Below, piece after piece: positions 38,546 through 49,670 of a stretch of DNA of 64,000 nt. A model generated the notes under the pieces. That model was not told where the DNA came from. It did not search any database and worked only from the letters and a program-made list of their open reading frames with translations. The translations under genes and the position numbers were made by a program. The number at the start of each line of letters is the position of its first letter. Within the stretch, counting starts at the first letter, position 1. Source of the stretch: a bacterium (GTDB lineage: Bacteria > Synergistota > GBS-1); contig JASKLF010000010.1 in assembly GCA_030153785.1 (NCBI GenBank), positions 1 through 64,000 on the forward strand, in the 5' to 3' direction.

Positions 38546-39607
38546 TTAGGTGTTATACCAGGCTTCACTCCTCCAAGGATGGGGGAGAAGAAGCTCGTTA
38601 TAAACTTGCAAAGCATACCTATCCGTCATGCCCGCTATGTAGTCGATAATCACTCTCTCTATTTTCTCAGACTCTAAGCTCTTTCTAAAGCTTTCCGGTA
38701 ATTGTTCAGGATGATCAAGAAAGAAACTGTAAAGCTCTTTAAGCATGTAGCGAACTCTGGGACGCTCCCTCTGGGCTATTTCACCCATATACACCCTTTC
38801 ATAAAGGAATTTCCTGAGCCCTTCCATCGCTATTAAGATATCCTCGCTCAGGATAATTTCGTTCTTATCCATGCTATTTTCAACACAATCTTTCACCATC
38901 TTGTCTATCCGCTCTCCATGGGTTTTGCCAAGAAATTCAATCACATCTCTTGGTAACTCTTCAAGGGACACCAAACCCGCTCTAATAGCATCATCAAGGT
39001 CATGATTCAAATATGCTATACAATCTGAGATTCTAACTACCATTCCTTCAAGAGTCAAGGGGGGAGAGGAAGAAAAACCTTTGCTAAAATCAACCTGTCC
39101 CTTAGAATGCTTTAATATACCATCTCTCACCTCCAAGGTCAAGTTAAGCCCATTACCATCCCTCTCAAGCTTATCCACAACTCTTAGACTTTGCTCAGCA
39201 TGCTTAAAACCACCAAGGCCGGCTTCTTTCGCTATTTCATCTAATGCCTCTTCGCCCATATGCCCAAAGGGTGTATGTCCAAGATCATGACCCAAAGCTA
39301 TAGCTTCCGTTAGATCCTCATTAAGACGCAAGGCCCTCGCTATCGTCCTCGCTATTTGGGCGACCTCAAGAGCATGCGTAAGCCTCGTTCTATAATGATC
39401 CCCTTGAGGAGATAGGAGGACCTGCGTCTTATATTTAAGCCTTCTAAAGGCCTTTGAGTGTATTATTCTATCCCTGTCCCGCTGATAGCAAGTTCTTAAA
39501 TCACATTCCCTTTCAGGCTTAAGCCTTCCCCTACTATTTTTAGCTAAAGAAGCATACTTAGATAAAATCCTCTCTTCTAAGCTCTCGGTTAACTCTCTTA
39601 AAAGCAT
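38546..39607 (-). CDS. dgt: dGTP triphosphohydrolase (HD family)
   Basis: RDRDRIIHSKAFRRL, RTRLTH, HDLGHTPFGH, DYIAGMTD. Confidence 0.9.
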   Translation of the reverse strand: MLLRELTESLEERILSKYASLAKNSRGRLKPERECDLRTCYQRDRDRIIHSKAFRRLKYKTQVLLSPQGDHYRTRLTHALEVAQIARTIARALRLNEDLTEAIALGHDLGHTPFGHMGEEALDEIAKEAGLGGFKHAEQSLRVVDKLERDGNGLNLTLEVRDGILKHSKGQVDFSKGFSSSPPLTLEGMVVRISDCIAYLNHDLDDAIRAGLVSLEELPRDVIEFLGKTHGERIDKMVKDCVENSMDKNEIILSEDILIAMEGLRKFLYERVYMGEIAQRERPRVRYMLKELYSFFLDHPEQLPESFRKSLESEKIERVIIDYIAGMTDRYALQVYNELLLPHPWRSEAWYNT

Positions 39608-42258
39608 TATCTCCCATCTTCGCTAAGCTTAGCATGAGCAGCTGCAAGCCGAGCCACAGGCACCCTGAAGGGAGAACAGCTTACATAGTTTAAGCCTATT
39701 TGATGGCAAAATTCTATCGAAGAGGGCTCGCCTCCATGCTCCCCACATATGCCTATCTTCAAGTTAGGCCTTGTTTTCCTTCCCTTCTCAACTGCTATCT
39801 TCATCAAAGCACCAACGCCGTCTCTATCCAAAACTTCGAATGGGTTATCCTTAAGTATTTTCTTCTCTATATATTGAGGCAAAAATTTACCTTCAACATC
39901 GTCTCTTGAAAATCCAAAAACGGTTTGAGTTAAGTCATTAGTGCCAAAGGAAAAGAATTCAGCATACTTAGCTATCTCATCGGCCGTTAAGGCTGCTCTC
40001 GGAAGCTCTATCATCGTTCCAACATGATATTCAACTCTTACCCCTGCTTTTTCCATTTCCTCCTCAGCAACTTTAACAACCATTTCCCTCAATATCTCCA
40101 TCTCACGCCAGTGACCTACGATAGGAAGCATAACATCTGGAAGGGGATGATATCCCTCTTTTGCCAATCTCGTAGCTGCTCTAAATATTGCCCTAACTTG
40201 CATTTCATAAATTTCGGGATAAACTATACCAAGTCTGCAACCTCTAAAACCAAGCATTGGATTTGCCTCCTGAAGAGCCCTCACCCTTTTTAGAAGTTCC
40301 TTCCTTTCTTCTATTATGGAAGCATTCTTCTCGGGTTCTTTCTCAAGCTCTATCAGTTCTTCAAGTATTTCTCTTTCTTTAGGAAGGAATTCATGAAGGG
40401 GTGGGTCAAGAAGCCTTATGGTAACGGGATAACCATCCATAGCCTTAAGGATCTCATAAAAATCCCCTTCCTGCATTGGAAGAATCTCATTCAGCGCCTT
40501 TTCTCTTTCCTCCCTCGTAAAGGACATTATCATTCTTCTAACAGCAGGCAACCTGTCCTCAGCCATAAACATGTGCTCGGTGCGACACAAGCCTATCCCT
40601 TTGGCTCCGAATTCCCTTGCCCTTTTAGCATCTTCGGGAGTATCAGCATTTGCCCACACTTGCAAACGGGCCACCTCATCAGCCCAAGAAAGAAGCTCCT
40701 TAAACTCAGGACTCATAGCAGGTTCAACCATCGGAACTTCTCCTAAAATCACTATTCCCTTACTACCGTCAATGGTTATTATGTCTCCCTTTTTAACCAC
40801 TACCTCACCGACCATAAATTGTTCATTTTCAAGGTCTATCGATATAGCCTCGCAACCAACAACACACGGCTTACCCATTCCGCGAGCCACAACAGCTGCG
40901 TGGCTCGTCATACCGCCTCTACTAGTTAAAACTCCCTGAGCAGCATAAAGCCCATGAATATCATCTGGTGTAGTCTCCGGCCTTACAAGTATTACCTTTT
41001 CCCCCTTACTACCCAATTCACTTGCCTCATCAGCACTGAAAACTACCTTTCCCGAAGCAGCCCCAGGCGAGGCAGGCAAGCCCCTTGCCAACACATCATA
41101 CTGAGCATTGGGGTCTACCTGTCTATGAAGCAATGTTTCTACGTGCTTTGGAGAAACCATTCTCACAGCAGTAGCTTTGTCGATAATACCCTCTTTGCAC
41201 ATATCCACTGCAATCTTCACAGCAGCCTGAGCTGTTCTCTTCCCAGACCTTGTCTGAAGAAGGTATAACTTTCCTTTCTCTACAGTAAATTCTATGTCTT
41301 GAACATCTTTATAGTACTTTTCAAGCTGTTCGCAAACCCTCTTAAGTTCTTCATATATCTCCGGTAAGGTTTCTGCCATCTTTTCAATAGGAAGGGGAGT
41401 TCTTATACCCGCAACTACATCCTCACCTTGAGCGTTAAGCAAAAACTCTCCATATATCTTCTTCTCACCAGTGGATGGATTTCTCGTAAAAGCAACTCCC
41501 GTTCCAGAGTCGTTACCCCTATTACCAAATACCATTGTCTGAACGTTGACCGCAGTTCCCATATCTTCCGGTATTCCGTGAATCTTCCTATAAACCTTTG
41601 CTCTCTCGTTATTCCAGGACTTAAAGACAGCTTCAATCGCCATAAAAAGCTGTTCCCAAACATCTTGAGGGAAATCCCGACCTGCTTCTTTCTTAACAAG
41701 TTCTTTATACTCCTCAATTATCTTTTTCCAAGTTTCCGCATCGATCTCGGTATCATATTTGACTCCCTTTTCCTTCTTCCACTTGTCAATAATATGCTCG
41801 AATTTATCATGGGATATGCCCATAACTACGTTCCCAAACATTTGGATAAATCTTCTATAGCTGTCATAAGCAAACCTTTCATCCCCAGTTTGAGCAATAA
41901 GGCCCTTTACCGTTTCATCGTTCAGACCCAGATTAAGAATGGTATCCATCATCCCGGGCATGGATATGGGAGCACCAGACCTTACAGAAACCAAAAGTGG
42001 GTTATTCACATCTCCAAATTTTTTACCTGTCTTGTTTTCTAAAATTTTTATCTTCTCTCTAACTTCCGGCTCGATATCCTTTAAGACCTTTTGACCTTCT
42101 TTAAGATACTTCCTACACACCTCTGTTGTGATGGTAAACCCCGGTGGAACAGGCAAACCCGCCCTCGTCATCTCCGCAAGTCCAGCGCCTTTTCCCCCAA
42201 GAAGGCTTCGTAGCTTTTCGCTTCCTTCCTCAAACAGGTATATTAGCTTTTCTGACAT
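39607..42258 (-). CDS. ppdK: Pyruvate phosphate dikinase
   Basis: LGGKGAGL, SMPGMMDT, GGMTSHAAVVARG, GLCRTEHMF, SFGTNDL, ICGEHGG. Confidence 0.98.
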   Translation of the reverse strand: MSEKLIYLFEEGSEKLRSLLGGKGAGLAEMTRAGLPVPPGFTITTEVCRKYLKEGQKVLKDIEPEVREKIKILENKTGKKFGDVNNPLLVSVRSGAPISMPGMMDTILNLGLNDETVKGLIAQTGDERFAYDSYRRFIQMFGNVVMGISHDKFEHIIDKWKKEKGVKYDTEIDAETWKKIIEEYKELVKKEAGRDFPQDVWEQLFMAIEAVFKSWNNERAKVYRKIHGIPEDMGTAVNVQTMVFGNRGNDSGTGVAFTRNPSTGEKKIYGEFLLNAQGEDVVAGIRTPLPIEKMAETLPEIYEELKRVCEQLEKYYKDVQDIEFTVEKGKLYLLQTRSGKRTAQAAVKIAVDMCKEGIIDKATAVRMVSPKHVETLLHRQVDPNAQYDVLARGLPASPGAASGKVVFSADEASELGSKGEKVILVRPETTPDDIHGLYAAQGVLTSRGGMTSHAAVVARGMGKPCVVGCEAISIDLENEQFMVGEVVVKKGDIITIDGSKGIVILGEVPMVEPAMSPEFKELLSWADEVARLQVWANADTPEDAKRAREFGAKGIGLCRTEHMFMAEDRLPAVRRMIMSFTREEREKALNEILPMQEGDFYEILKAMDGYPVTIRLLDPPLHEFLPKEREILEELIELEKEPEKNASIIEERKELLKRVRALQEANPMLGFRGCRLGIVYPEIYEMQVRAIFRAATRLAKEGYHPLPDVMLPIVGHWREMEILREMVVKVAEEEMEKAGVRVEYHVGTMIELPRAALTADEIAKYAEFFSFGTNDLTQTVFGFSRDDVEGKFLPQYIEKKILKDNPFEVLDRDGVGALMKIAVEKGRKTRPNLKIGICGEHGGEPSSIEFCHQIGLNYVSCSPFRVPVARLAAAHAKLSEDGR

Positions 42259-43078
42259 CCAACAGTCCCCTCCTTTCTAAATAATATATTATTTCATGAG
42301 CTGTCTCCTCTATAGCTTTATTCGTCACATCTATTACTGGGACACCAAGCCTTCTCATTATCCCCTCAGCATATTCAAGCTCTTCAACAACCCTATCAAA
42401 CCTGACATAGTTGACATCTGTGCTTAATCCCATAAGCTTAAGCCTCTCCTGCCTTATTTGAACAAGCTTTTCCGGATCCACAGTTAATCCAACTATTCTT
42501 CCCCTATCGACTTCCAAAAGCTCTTTAGGGAGCTCTATCTCCGGAACAAGCGGAACGTTGGCAGCAAAAATACCCCTATAGGCGAGATACATAGATACCG
42601 GCGTCTTAGAAGACCTTGAAACTCCTATAATAATCACATCAGCATCTTTAATCCCGGGTAGGTATTTTCCATCATCGCACTTGATAGCAAACTCTATTGC
42701 TCTCACTCTTCTAAAGTAAGCTTCATCCATTCTCCTCAATAGTCCAGGTTTTCCGCTGGCCTTAACTCCTGAAACTTTCTCAAAAGCAGTTACTAATGGT
42801 CCAAGAACGTCGATTTCTATTATCCCTCTTTCCTGTGCTTTTTGAGACATATATTTCCTGAGCTCTGAAGATGCTAAGGTATAAACCATTACCAGAGCAT
42901 CCCTTCCAGAAACCTTTTCCAATACTTCATTAACCTTTTCCTCATCCTGAACATGGGGAAATCTCTCTATATCGTAATCGAGCCCCTCAAATTGAGATAA
43001 AGCAGCCTTGCAAACCAATTCTGCCGTTTCACCTGTAGAGTCAGAAACAATACAAACTTTTATCTTCTCGTTCTTCAT
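42230..43078 (-). CDS. ppsR: PPDK regulatory kinase/pyrophosphorylase
   Basis: VSDSTGETA, DDG, GVSRSSKTP, AIEETA; adjacent to ppdK. Confidence 0.9.
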   Translation of the reverse strand: MKNEKIKVCIVSDSTGETAELVCKAALSQFEGLDYDIERFPHVQDEEKVNEVLEKVSGRDALVMVYTLASSELRKYMSQKAQERGIIEIDVLGPLVTAFEKVSGVKASGKPGLLRRMDEAYFRRVRAIEFAIKCDDGKYLPGIKDADVIIIGVSRSSKTPVSMYLAYRGIFAANVPLVPEIELPKELLEVDRGRIVGLTVDPEKLVQIRQERLKLMGLSTDVNYVRFDRVVEELEYAEGIMRRLGVPVIDVTNKAIEETAHEIIYYLERRGLLDVRKANIPV

Positions 43079-43080
43079 GG

Positions 43081-45135
43081 CTACACCGCCAAACTGGCTA
43101 TAGAGCCTATCCTTTCAACAAATTCCTTTATAGATTTAAGCAGTCTAAGCCTGTTTAGCTTAAGGTTTTCATCCGGAACCATAACAAGAACATTATCGAA
43201 GAAAGAATTTATATACTCGGTAAGCGGGAAAAGAGAAACCAGAAACTCACTATATTCTCCCTTCATAAAGTCAATATCCGATTTTTCTCTAATTTCTTTA
43301 AAAACGCTATAAAGCTGTTTTTCTGCATTCTCAACCAAAAGCTTCTCTTCAGGTTCTCCCTCTACATCAACCCCCTTAAGTATATTAACTACTCTGACAA
43401 ACGCAGAAGCGAACTTTTTAAACTCCTCTTTGTCCAGAAACTCATTTAAAACGGCAACCTTCCTCAAAAGCTCGTAGGGTTTGAACCAATCAGAAGCCAT
43501 GGCTGACTCTATCACCGTGATGGGAAAACCTTTTTCCCGTAATTGATTAGCCATTCTAACTTTTAAAAATTCGAGAACTTCACTCTTAATATTTTCAGGA
43601 GCTTTTAAAAGCTCCGAAGCTCTCGAAACAAGATATTCAAGCGACAGGTTTAAACCTTTCTGCCAGATTATCTCATTTATGGCACGGGCCTGCCTACGCA
43701 AGGCATACGGATCTTGAGAACCAGTAGGGGCTAAACCAACCATAAAGCAGGAAAGAATGTTATCAATCTTATCTGCTATGCCTACGATAATACCCGTCCA
43801 GGACAACGGTAGCTCATCTCCCGCAAAGCGTGGGAGATAATGCTCAAATATTCCCAAGGCTACCTCTTCAGGTTCTCCAAATTTTAACGCATATTCTTTA
43901 CCCATTATTCCTTGCAACTCTGGAAACTCGCTAACCATATCGGTCGCAAGGTCCGCCTTAGCTAAGTAAGCGGTTCTCGAAACCAGCTCTGGGGAAGAAG
44001 GAAAACCAAGGGAAGCATTGATATCTAATGCAAGCGCTCTTATCCTTTCCATCTTTTCATACATTGTGCCAATCTTCTCCAAAAAGATAATCCCTTTAAG
44101 CAGAGGAACTCTGTCCTCAAGAGGAATTTCCAAATCCTTCTTGTAGTAAAAATCTGCATCTTCAAAGCGAGCCTCCAAAACCCTCTCATATCCTTCAATT
44201 ATAGAATCCATTACCGTAGCCCTATTGTTGCTAACAGCGATGAAATAAGGAAGAAGCTCTCCCCTTTGGGAATATACAGGGAAATACCTCTGGTTCACTT
44301 TCATAACCATGACAAGAACTTCTTTGGGAAGCTTTAAAAACTCTTCCCTAAAGCTTCCTTTAACCACAACGGGATACTCGGTTAGGAAGACATTCTCCTG
44401 AAGCAAATCCTCATCTAAAAACTCCCTACCGCCTACCTCCCTTTGATATTTTTTAACACCTTCTTCAATTATCTTCCTCCTTTTTGAAGGATCAAATACT
44501 ACAAACTCCTCCTCAAGGAGTGAAAAGAAGTCACCAACATTTCGGACTTCAAACTCCCCTCTTCCTAAAAATCTGTGGCCACGGCTTTTCCTCCCACTCC
44601 TAAGTCCTTCAATTTCGAACTCAACCACATCATCTCCATAAAGAGCCAAAAGCCATCTTATAGGCCTAAGAAACCGCAGGTTACCTTTCCAACGCATTGA
44701 CTTAGGAAGAGGCAAGGACAACAAAACCTTAGGCAAAATTTCCTTTAGTACATCTATGGTTTTTCTTCCCCTGTGTTTTTTAACAGCAAATACATATTCT
44801 CCCTGGTCAGTTTCCTTGATAACTAAATCCTCCACTTTTACTCCTCTACTTTTTGCAAAACCAATCGCAGCCTGTGTAGGGACTCCTTGAGGGTCGAAAG
44901 CTACTTTTCTTGCTGGACCTTTTATCTCTTCAACTAAATCTTCCTGCTCTTCCGATAATTTGCTTACAAGGAGGATTAATCTTCTAGGAGTTCCAAAAGT
45001 TTTTATCTCCTCATACCTAAGACGCTCCTCATTAAAAAGAGAAACGGCCTTCTCCTTTAAAGCATCAAGAAGATCAGGCATGTTTCTTGCAGGAAGCTCT
45101 TCCGTTCCTATTTCGAAGATTAGATCTCTAAACAT
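43081..45135 (-). CDS. glyS: Glycine-tRNA ligase beta subunit
   Basis: EIGTEELP, TPRRL, EFPELQG, GSQDPYALRR. Confidence 0.97.
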   Translation of the reverse strand: MFRDLIFEIGTEELPARNMPDLLDALKEKAVSLFNEERLRYEEIKTFGTPRRLILLVSKLSEEQEDLVEEIKGPARKVAFDPQGVPTQAAIGFAKSRGVKVEDLVIKETDQGEYVFAVKKHRGRKTIDVLKEILPKVLLSLPLPKSMRWKGNLRFLRPIRWLLALYGDDVVEFEIEGLRSGRKSRGHRFLGRGEFEVRNVGDFFSLLEEEFVVFDPSKRRKIIEEGVKKYQREVGGREFLDEDLLQENVFLTEYPVVVKGSFREEFLKLPKEVLVMVMKVNQRYFPVYSQRGELLPYFIAVSNNRATVMDSIIEGYERVLEARFEDADFYYKKDLEIPLEDRVPLLKGIIFLEKIGTMYEKMERIRALALDINASLGFPSSPELVSRTAYLAKADLATDMVSEFPELQGIMGKEYALKFGEPEEVALGIFEHYLPRFAGDELPLSWTGIIVGIADKIDNILSCFMVGLAPTGSQDPYALRRQARAINEIIWQKGLNLSLEYLVSRASELLKAPENIKSEVLEFLKVRMANQLREKGFPITVIESAMASDWFKPYELLRKVAVLNEFLDKEEFKKFASAFVRVVNILKGVDVEGEPEEKLLVENAEKQLYSVFKEIREKSDIDFMKGEYSEFLVSLFPLTEYINSFFDNVLVMVPDENLKLNRLRLLKSIKEFVERIGSIASLAV

Positions 45136-45147
45136 ATCTATACCCCC

Positions 45148-46029
45148 CTAGAATTTGTTAAGCAAGGGGAAGCCCATTTCTTCCCTCTGCTTCATGTAGG
45201 CTAAAGCGCACTTCCTTGCAAGATTTCTAACCCTAGAAATATAGTTTGTCCTTTCAGCCACACTTATAGCTCCCCTCGCATCAAGAAGGTTAAAGGTGTG
45301 AGAACATTTTAGAACATAATCATAGGAAGGTAAAACTAAGCCCTTCTCTATAAGTCTTTCTGACTCCCTCTCATACATTTCAAAAAGCTTTCTAAGCATA
45401 TCTATATCCGCTTCCTCAAAGTTATAGATTGAATATTCGACTTCCCCTCTATGGTGAATATCGCCATAGGTGATAGAACCAACCCACTTAAGTTCAAAAA
45501 CAGATTTAACCTTTTGAATAAACATTGCTATTCTCTCTATCCCATAGGTAAGCTCAACTGGAATAGGATCCAAGTCAATCCCACCAACTTGCTGGAAGTA
45601 GGTAAACTGGGTTATTTCCATTCCATCAAGCCATACTTCCCATCCCATACCCCACGCTCCAAGGGTGGGAGCTTCCCAATCATCCTCAACAAATCTAATA
45701 TCATGCTCTTTAGGGTCTATTCCCAAAGCCTCTAAGCTCTTAAGGTAAAGCTCCTGAATATCGTCCGGTGCAGGCTTCAATATAACCTGATACTGGTAGT
45801 AGTGCTGAAGTCTATTGGGGTTCTCTCCATACCTTCCATCGGTGGGACGCCGAGAAGGTTCCACATAGGCAACACGCCAAGGCTCTGGCCCCAAAGACCT
45901 TAAAGTAGTAGCAGGATTCATAGTTCCCGCTCCCACTTCAATATCATAAGGTTGTTGAATAACACAGCCTTGCTCCGCCCAAAATCGTTCAAGCCTAAAT
46001 ATTACTTCCTGAAAATTCAAGCCCAACAC
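45148..46029 (-). CDS. glyQ: Glycine-tRNA ligase alpha subunit
   Basis: [42 protein letters not shown]. Confidence 0.98.
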   Translation of the reverse strand: MLGLNFQEVIFRLERFWAEQGCVIQQPYDIEVGAGTMNPATTLRSLGPEPWRVAYVEPSRRPTDGRYGENPNRLQHYYQYQVILKPAPDDIQELYLKSLEALGIDPKEHDIRFVEDDWEAPTLGAWGMGWEVWLDGMEITQFTYFQQVGGIDLDPIPVELTYGIERIAMFIQKVKSVFELKWVGSITYGDIHHRGEVEYSIYNFEEADIDMLRKLFEMYERESERLIEKGLVLPSYDYVLKCSHTFNLLDARGAISVAERTNYISRVRNLARKCALAYMKQREEMGFPLLNKF

Positions 46030-46714
46030 CTCCCAAAACTCCCCTTAAAAGCATTTCTAAGTAAGTAATGACCTCTTCCAATCCTCTTGATGTATACTTG
46101 ATTCTCCCACATAATGCCAAGGGCTTTCTTCGCATCTCTTGCAAAAGATTCAACCCCTCTGTGAGCTTTAAAGCGGTACCCTCACCTGCGCAATTCCCAC
46201 ATACCAATATGGGAGTATCTCCTTTTACGAAAGCTTCTTTACTAATTTTACCACTACATGAAGAACAGGTATCAAGGCTCGGTAAAAAACCCAGAAAATG
46301 AAATATCTTTAATATCACAGCATACCTTAGTAAAATGGGGTCTCCACCACTATCAATTAGATCAAGGAAAACAAGTAGAGTATCAAAAAGTTCGGGCTCT
46401 GGCAACTCCAAGGGAGAGGTTTTATCAACGAGAGACAAAATAAACAAAGCAGATTCCAATCTATTTAGGGACCTCCTTATTTCCCAAAAAGGCTTTTTAA
46501 GTTCGTATTCCCGCAAATAAAAATTTCCTCCCACGGAACGATAAATATTTGATATCCCATAGTTCAAAGGTTCTATCGCACCACCAAAGCGATTCGGAAC
46601 TTTAGCACAACCTGGTGCTACTACAACGATTTTGCCAAGCTCACGAGAAAAAACAGATAAAATTTTATCCGACCTCACAACCTTTCTGTTGAGTATTATA
46701 GTTTCCAGCCTCAA
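45995..46714 (-). CDS. recO: DNA repair protein RecO
   Basis: OB-fold N-terminus, [12 protein letters not shown]...CGNC; era-recO-glyQ synteny. Confidence 0.85.
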   Translation of the reverse strand: MRLETIILNRKVVRSDKILSVFSRELGKIVVVAPGCAKVPNRFGGAIEPLNYGISNIYRSVGGNFYLREYELKKPFWEIRRSLNRLESALFILSLVDKTSPLELPEPELFDTLLVFLDLIDSGGDPILLRYAVILKIFHFLGFLPSLDTCSSCSGKISKEAFVKGDTPILVCGNCAGEGTALKLTEGLNLLQEMRRKPLALCGRIKYTSRGLEEVITYLEMLLRGVLGGVGLEFSGSNI

Positions 46715-46738
46715 GAACCGTTCTATCCCAATACAAGG

Positions 46739-47659
46739 TCACCCCTGATACTCAGAAAATCCAAGCCTTCTAACATCGCTTTCTGAAAGCCTCCAATCTT
46801 CCCTAACCTTAACCCAGAGCTCCAAAAAGACTTTCTTACCTAAAATGTATTCTATTTCCTCCCGCGCCATTCTACCAATTCTCTTTAGCATGCTTCCGCC
46901 TCTCCCTATAACTATCTTCCTATGAGACTCTCTCTCCACATACATGGTAGCCCTTATATAAACTAAGTTTTTCCCTTTCCTTTCCTCCATCTCCTCTAAA
47001 ACCACCGCTACCGAATATGGAATTTCTTGATGGAGCAACTCAAAAAGCTTCTCCCTTATAACCTCCGCAACCATGAACCTTAAAGGTTGGTCGGTAACCA
47101 TATCCTCGGGATAGAGAAACTCCCCCTCAGGAAGGTTCTGAAAGATTTTCTCCACTAAAATATCGAGATTGGTCCCCTTCGCAGCTGAAATGGGAATGAC
47201 TTCTCTAAAATAAAGCTTGTCTTGATAAAGCTCTATCGCCCGCCAGAAAGCTTCCTTATACTTCAAAAGATCTACTTTATTAACCAGAAGGAATTTAGGA
47301 GTGTCAACCTTGCGAAGCAGAGATATTATAATTTCATCTTCAGGAGAAATCTCTTGATCGCTAGCCTCCACAAGATACAAAATAAGGTCTACGCCCTCGA
47401 GAGCTTCGACCGCCATTTTGACCATCTCTTCGCCTAAAAGATGCTTAGGCTTGTGAATTCCCGGAGTGTCAACAAAAATAATTTGTCCCTCAGGTCTTGT
47501 CAATATACCCCTAACCTGAGTTCGTGTAGTTTGAGGCTTAGGAGAAACTATTGAAACCTTTCTCCCTAAAAGGGAATTCATGAGAGTAGATTTTCCTACA
47601 TTAGGTCTGCCCACCAAAGTAACAAAGCCTACCTTTTTCTTCATATTCATCGTCATCAC
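46739..47659 (-). CDS. era: GTPase Era
   Basis: GRPNVGKST, PQTTR, DTPG, NKVD, KH domain. Confidence 0.97.
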   Translation of the reverse strand: MMTMNMKKKVGFVTLVGRPNVGKSTLMNSLLGRKVSIVSPKPQTTRTQVRGILTRPEGQIIFVDTPGIHKPKHLLGEEMVKMAVEALEGVDLILYLVEASDQEISPEDEIIISLLRKVDTPKFLLVNKVDLLKYKEAFWRAIELYQDKLYFREVIPISAAKGTNLDILVEKIFQNLPEGEFLYPEDMVTDQPLRFMVAEVIREKLFELLHQEIPYSVAVVLEEMEERKGKNLVYIRATMYVERESHRKIVIGRGGSMLKRIGRMAREEIEYILGKKVFLELWVKVREDWRLSESDVRRLGFSEYQG

Positions 47660-48051
47660 AACCTGAATCCAAAGGGAATTAAATCCTTTAATCGCTGTTC
47701 AAGGAAAGTGCCATCAGGCTTTCCGACAAGAACAAGCATATCTTCTTCGAACTCATACAAGACCTGCCTACACGCACCGCATGGAAACGCATAGCAATCT
47801 CCATCCCCCACAACCGCAATAGCCTCAAAATTCTTACACCCGTTAGAAACGGCATTATATAAGGCAACTCTTTCAGCACAAACTGTTAAACCGTAAGAAG
47901 AATTCTCTACGTTACAACCAAGGAAAACTCTTCCATTTTTTCCAAGAATAGCAGAACCCACCTTAAACTTGGAATAAGGGGCATAAGCCCTTTCCTTAGC
48001 TCTGATAGCAAGTTCTATTAATTCTCTCTTTTTAGTTTCTGTAACCAACAA
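47656..48051 (-). CDS. cdd: Cytidine deaminase
   Basis: AYAPYSKF, CAER, PCGACRQ. Confidence 0.95.
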   Translation of the reverse strand: MLVTETKKRELIELAIRAKERAYAPYSKFKVGSAILGKNGRVFLGCNVENSSYGLTVCAERVALYNAVSNGCKNFEAIAVVGDGDCYAFPCGACRQVLYEFEEDMLVLVGKPDGTFLEQRLKDLIPFGFRL

Positions 48052-49066
48052 GCCTCACCCTTTCCTCTTTCTTAACCTCAATCCTTATGCCAAATAAGCC
48101 CAAGCTTCTTTCTATAAGCTCTAAAGCGGAGGCCAAAACTTCTGGATCTCCCACCGCTCTTATAACAACCGGGTCAACAGGAATAGGTCTATGGTTAACT
48201 AAAATCACTGGCCCCACACACCTTATAGAAGTGTGAGTCACCACTCTTTCCTGACCTATTTGAACACCCAGAGCACCAGCAGCAAAAAGCTCATTAACTA
48301 CATCCCTTAGGTCACTATCGTGAATTATATTAGACTCTCCTTCTTTCTTCTCTGCATCATAAATTCTTATAATGATACCTTCACCCTCTAAGGGAGCAAA
48401 CCCCGCAAGACTTGCTATAGTTTCAAGTCTATTTCTTAAAGTTGCAAGTTCCGCCTTAAGCTTATTAATCTTCTGCATCAATAAATCTTCATTAACAATG
48501 ATAGGATTCTCATTATCAATTTCTATTCTAAGGGAAGAATAGGCTCCTCTAAAAAATGGGTTTTCTTCTATCTTTCTCACTGATTCCATCGAGAGAAGTT
48601 TTTTCTCATCTTCTAATAGGACTTTATTACCACTTCCTGTTCCCTGTATCACTATTTCCGCAGTCCCTTTAAAATTCTTAACATTGGGGTCCGAAGAAAT
48701 TATTTTCAATATCTCATTCAAATGATAATTTCTGGCCTCCCTCATTATTGTTTCATAAACCAAGCTCCCGTAATAAAGAACGGCACTTAGCGTTTCCTCC
48801 GCCGTCAAAGCGGACTCGCTTTCGAACCTAAACTTGGCTAAGGCGCTCCTTACAGAGGGGTAATGCTGAACCCCAAATTGATTAGCCAAAAGCTCATAAT
48901 ACTGGAGAAGAATAATAGCCATGCCTTTAGCCTTTTTGAGCTCTCCCACCCTGCTACTAAACTCCCCAATATCCACAAACTTAAATAGGAAAAAGATATT
49001 AAGAACCAGTATTATCAATAGAAATGCTAGTATCCAGTTCTCTTTTCCCTTTAAGTTCCCAAACAT
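48032..49066 (-). CDS. DUF881-family membrane-anchored protein
   Basis: N-terminal TM, coiled coil, GEGIII, IHDSDLRDVVNELFAAGA, IRCVGPVILVN. Confidence 0.75.
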   Translation of the reverse strand: MFGNLKGKENWILAFLLIILVLNIFFLFKFVDIGEFSSRVGELKKAKGMAIILLQYYELLANQFGVQHYPSVRSALAKFRFESESALTAEETLSAVLYYGSLVYETIMREARNYHLNEILKIISSDPNVKNFKGTAEIVIQGTGSGNKVLLEDEKKLLSMESVRKIEENPFFRGAYSSLRIEIDNENPIIVNEDLLMQKINKLKAELATLRNRLETIASLAGFAPLEGEGIIIRIYDAEKKEGESNIIHDSDLRDVVNELFAAGALGVQIGQERVVTHTSIRCVGPVILVNHRPIPVDPVVIRAVGDPEVLASALELIERSLGLFGIRIEVKKEERVRLVGYRN

Positions 49067-49670
49067 ATTTATCTTCTCCCAATATCTCCCTCGCTAAAAC
49101 CCCACCAGAAATAACAAGTTTTATGGCCTGCTCTGAAGTTATAGGCAATCGGATAACATCCTTCGAAGGAACAAGAACCATAAAACCAGATGTCGGGTTA
49201 GGAGTCGTAGGAACAAAAACTATGAGAAGGTCATCCTCTTTTAATTCTAACCCCTTGCACATTCTATTGGTAACGAATCCTATACAATACATACCTTTCC
49301 TCGGAAATTCAACAAGCACAACTTCCCTAAAAGACGACTCACCTTTAACCAAAAGTATCTCAAGTATCTGCTTTATTGTCATATAAACTCCTCTTACAAA
49401 AGGAATCATGGAAAGTAGGTTTTCGAAGAAAGAAACGAGTCTTTTACCTATATAATTAGCTGTTAGCATTCCTAAAAAGATGGTCAATACCACTAACAAA
49501 CCAAGAAAGAGAAAGCTTAGGCCAGGAACTTGATACCCCGTTAACTTGAAAACTATCTTACCAAGATTTGCATCTACCCATAGAAAAGCCCTGTAAAAAA
49601 CATATATAGTTATAGTAGAGGGTATCACCAAAATGAGACCCGCAAAGAAATAATGCCTAAGCTTCTTCAT
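48999..49670 (-). CDS. DUF502-family membrane protein
   Basis: VVLVEFPRKG, FVPTTPNPTSGF, VISGG. Confidence 0.85.
   Translation of the reverse strand: MKKLRHYFFAGLILVIPSTITIYVFYRAFLWVDANLGKIVFKLTGYQVPGLSFLFLGLLVVLTIFLGMLTANYIGKRLVSFFENLLSMIPFVRGVYMTIKQILEILLVKGESSFREVVLVEFPRKGMYCIGFVTNRMCKGLELKEDDLLIVFVPTTPNPTSGFMVLVPSKDVIRLPITSEQAIKLVISGGVLAREILGEDKYVWELKGKRELDTSISIDNTGS

Noticed and set aside
38546..39607. dGTPase (and MazG at 55999-56775) as anti-phage nucleotide-depletion systems
   Set aside because: Both lie in conserved housekeeping context (glyQS-ppdK-dgt-dnaG; mfd-mazG).
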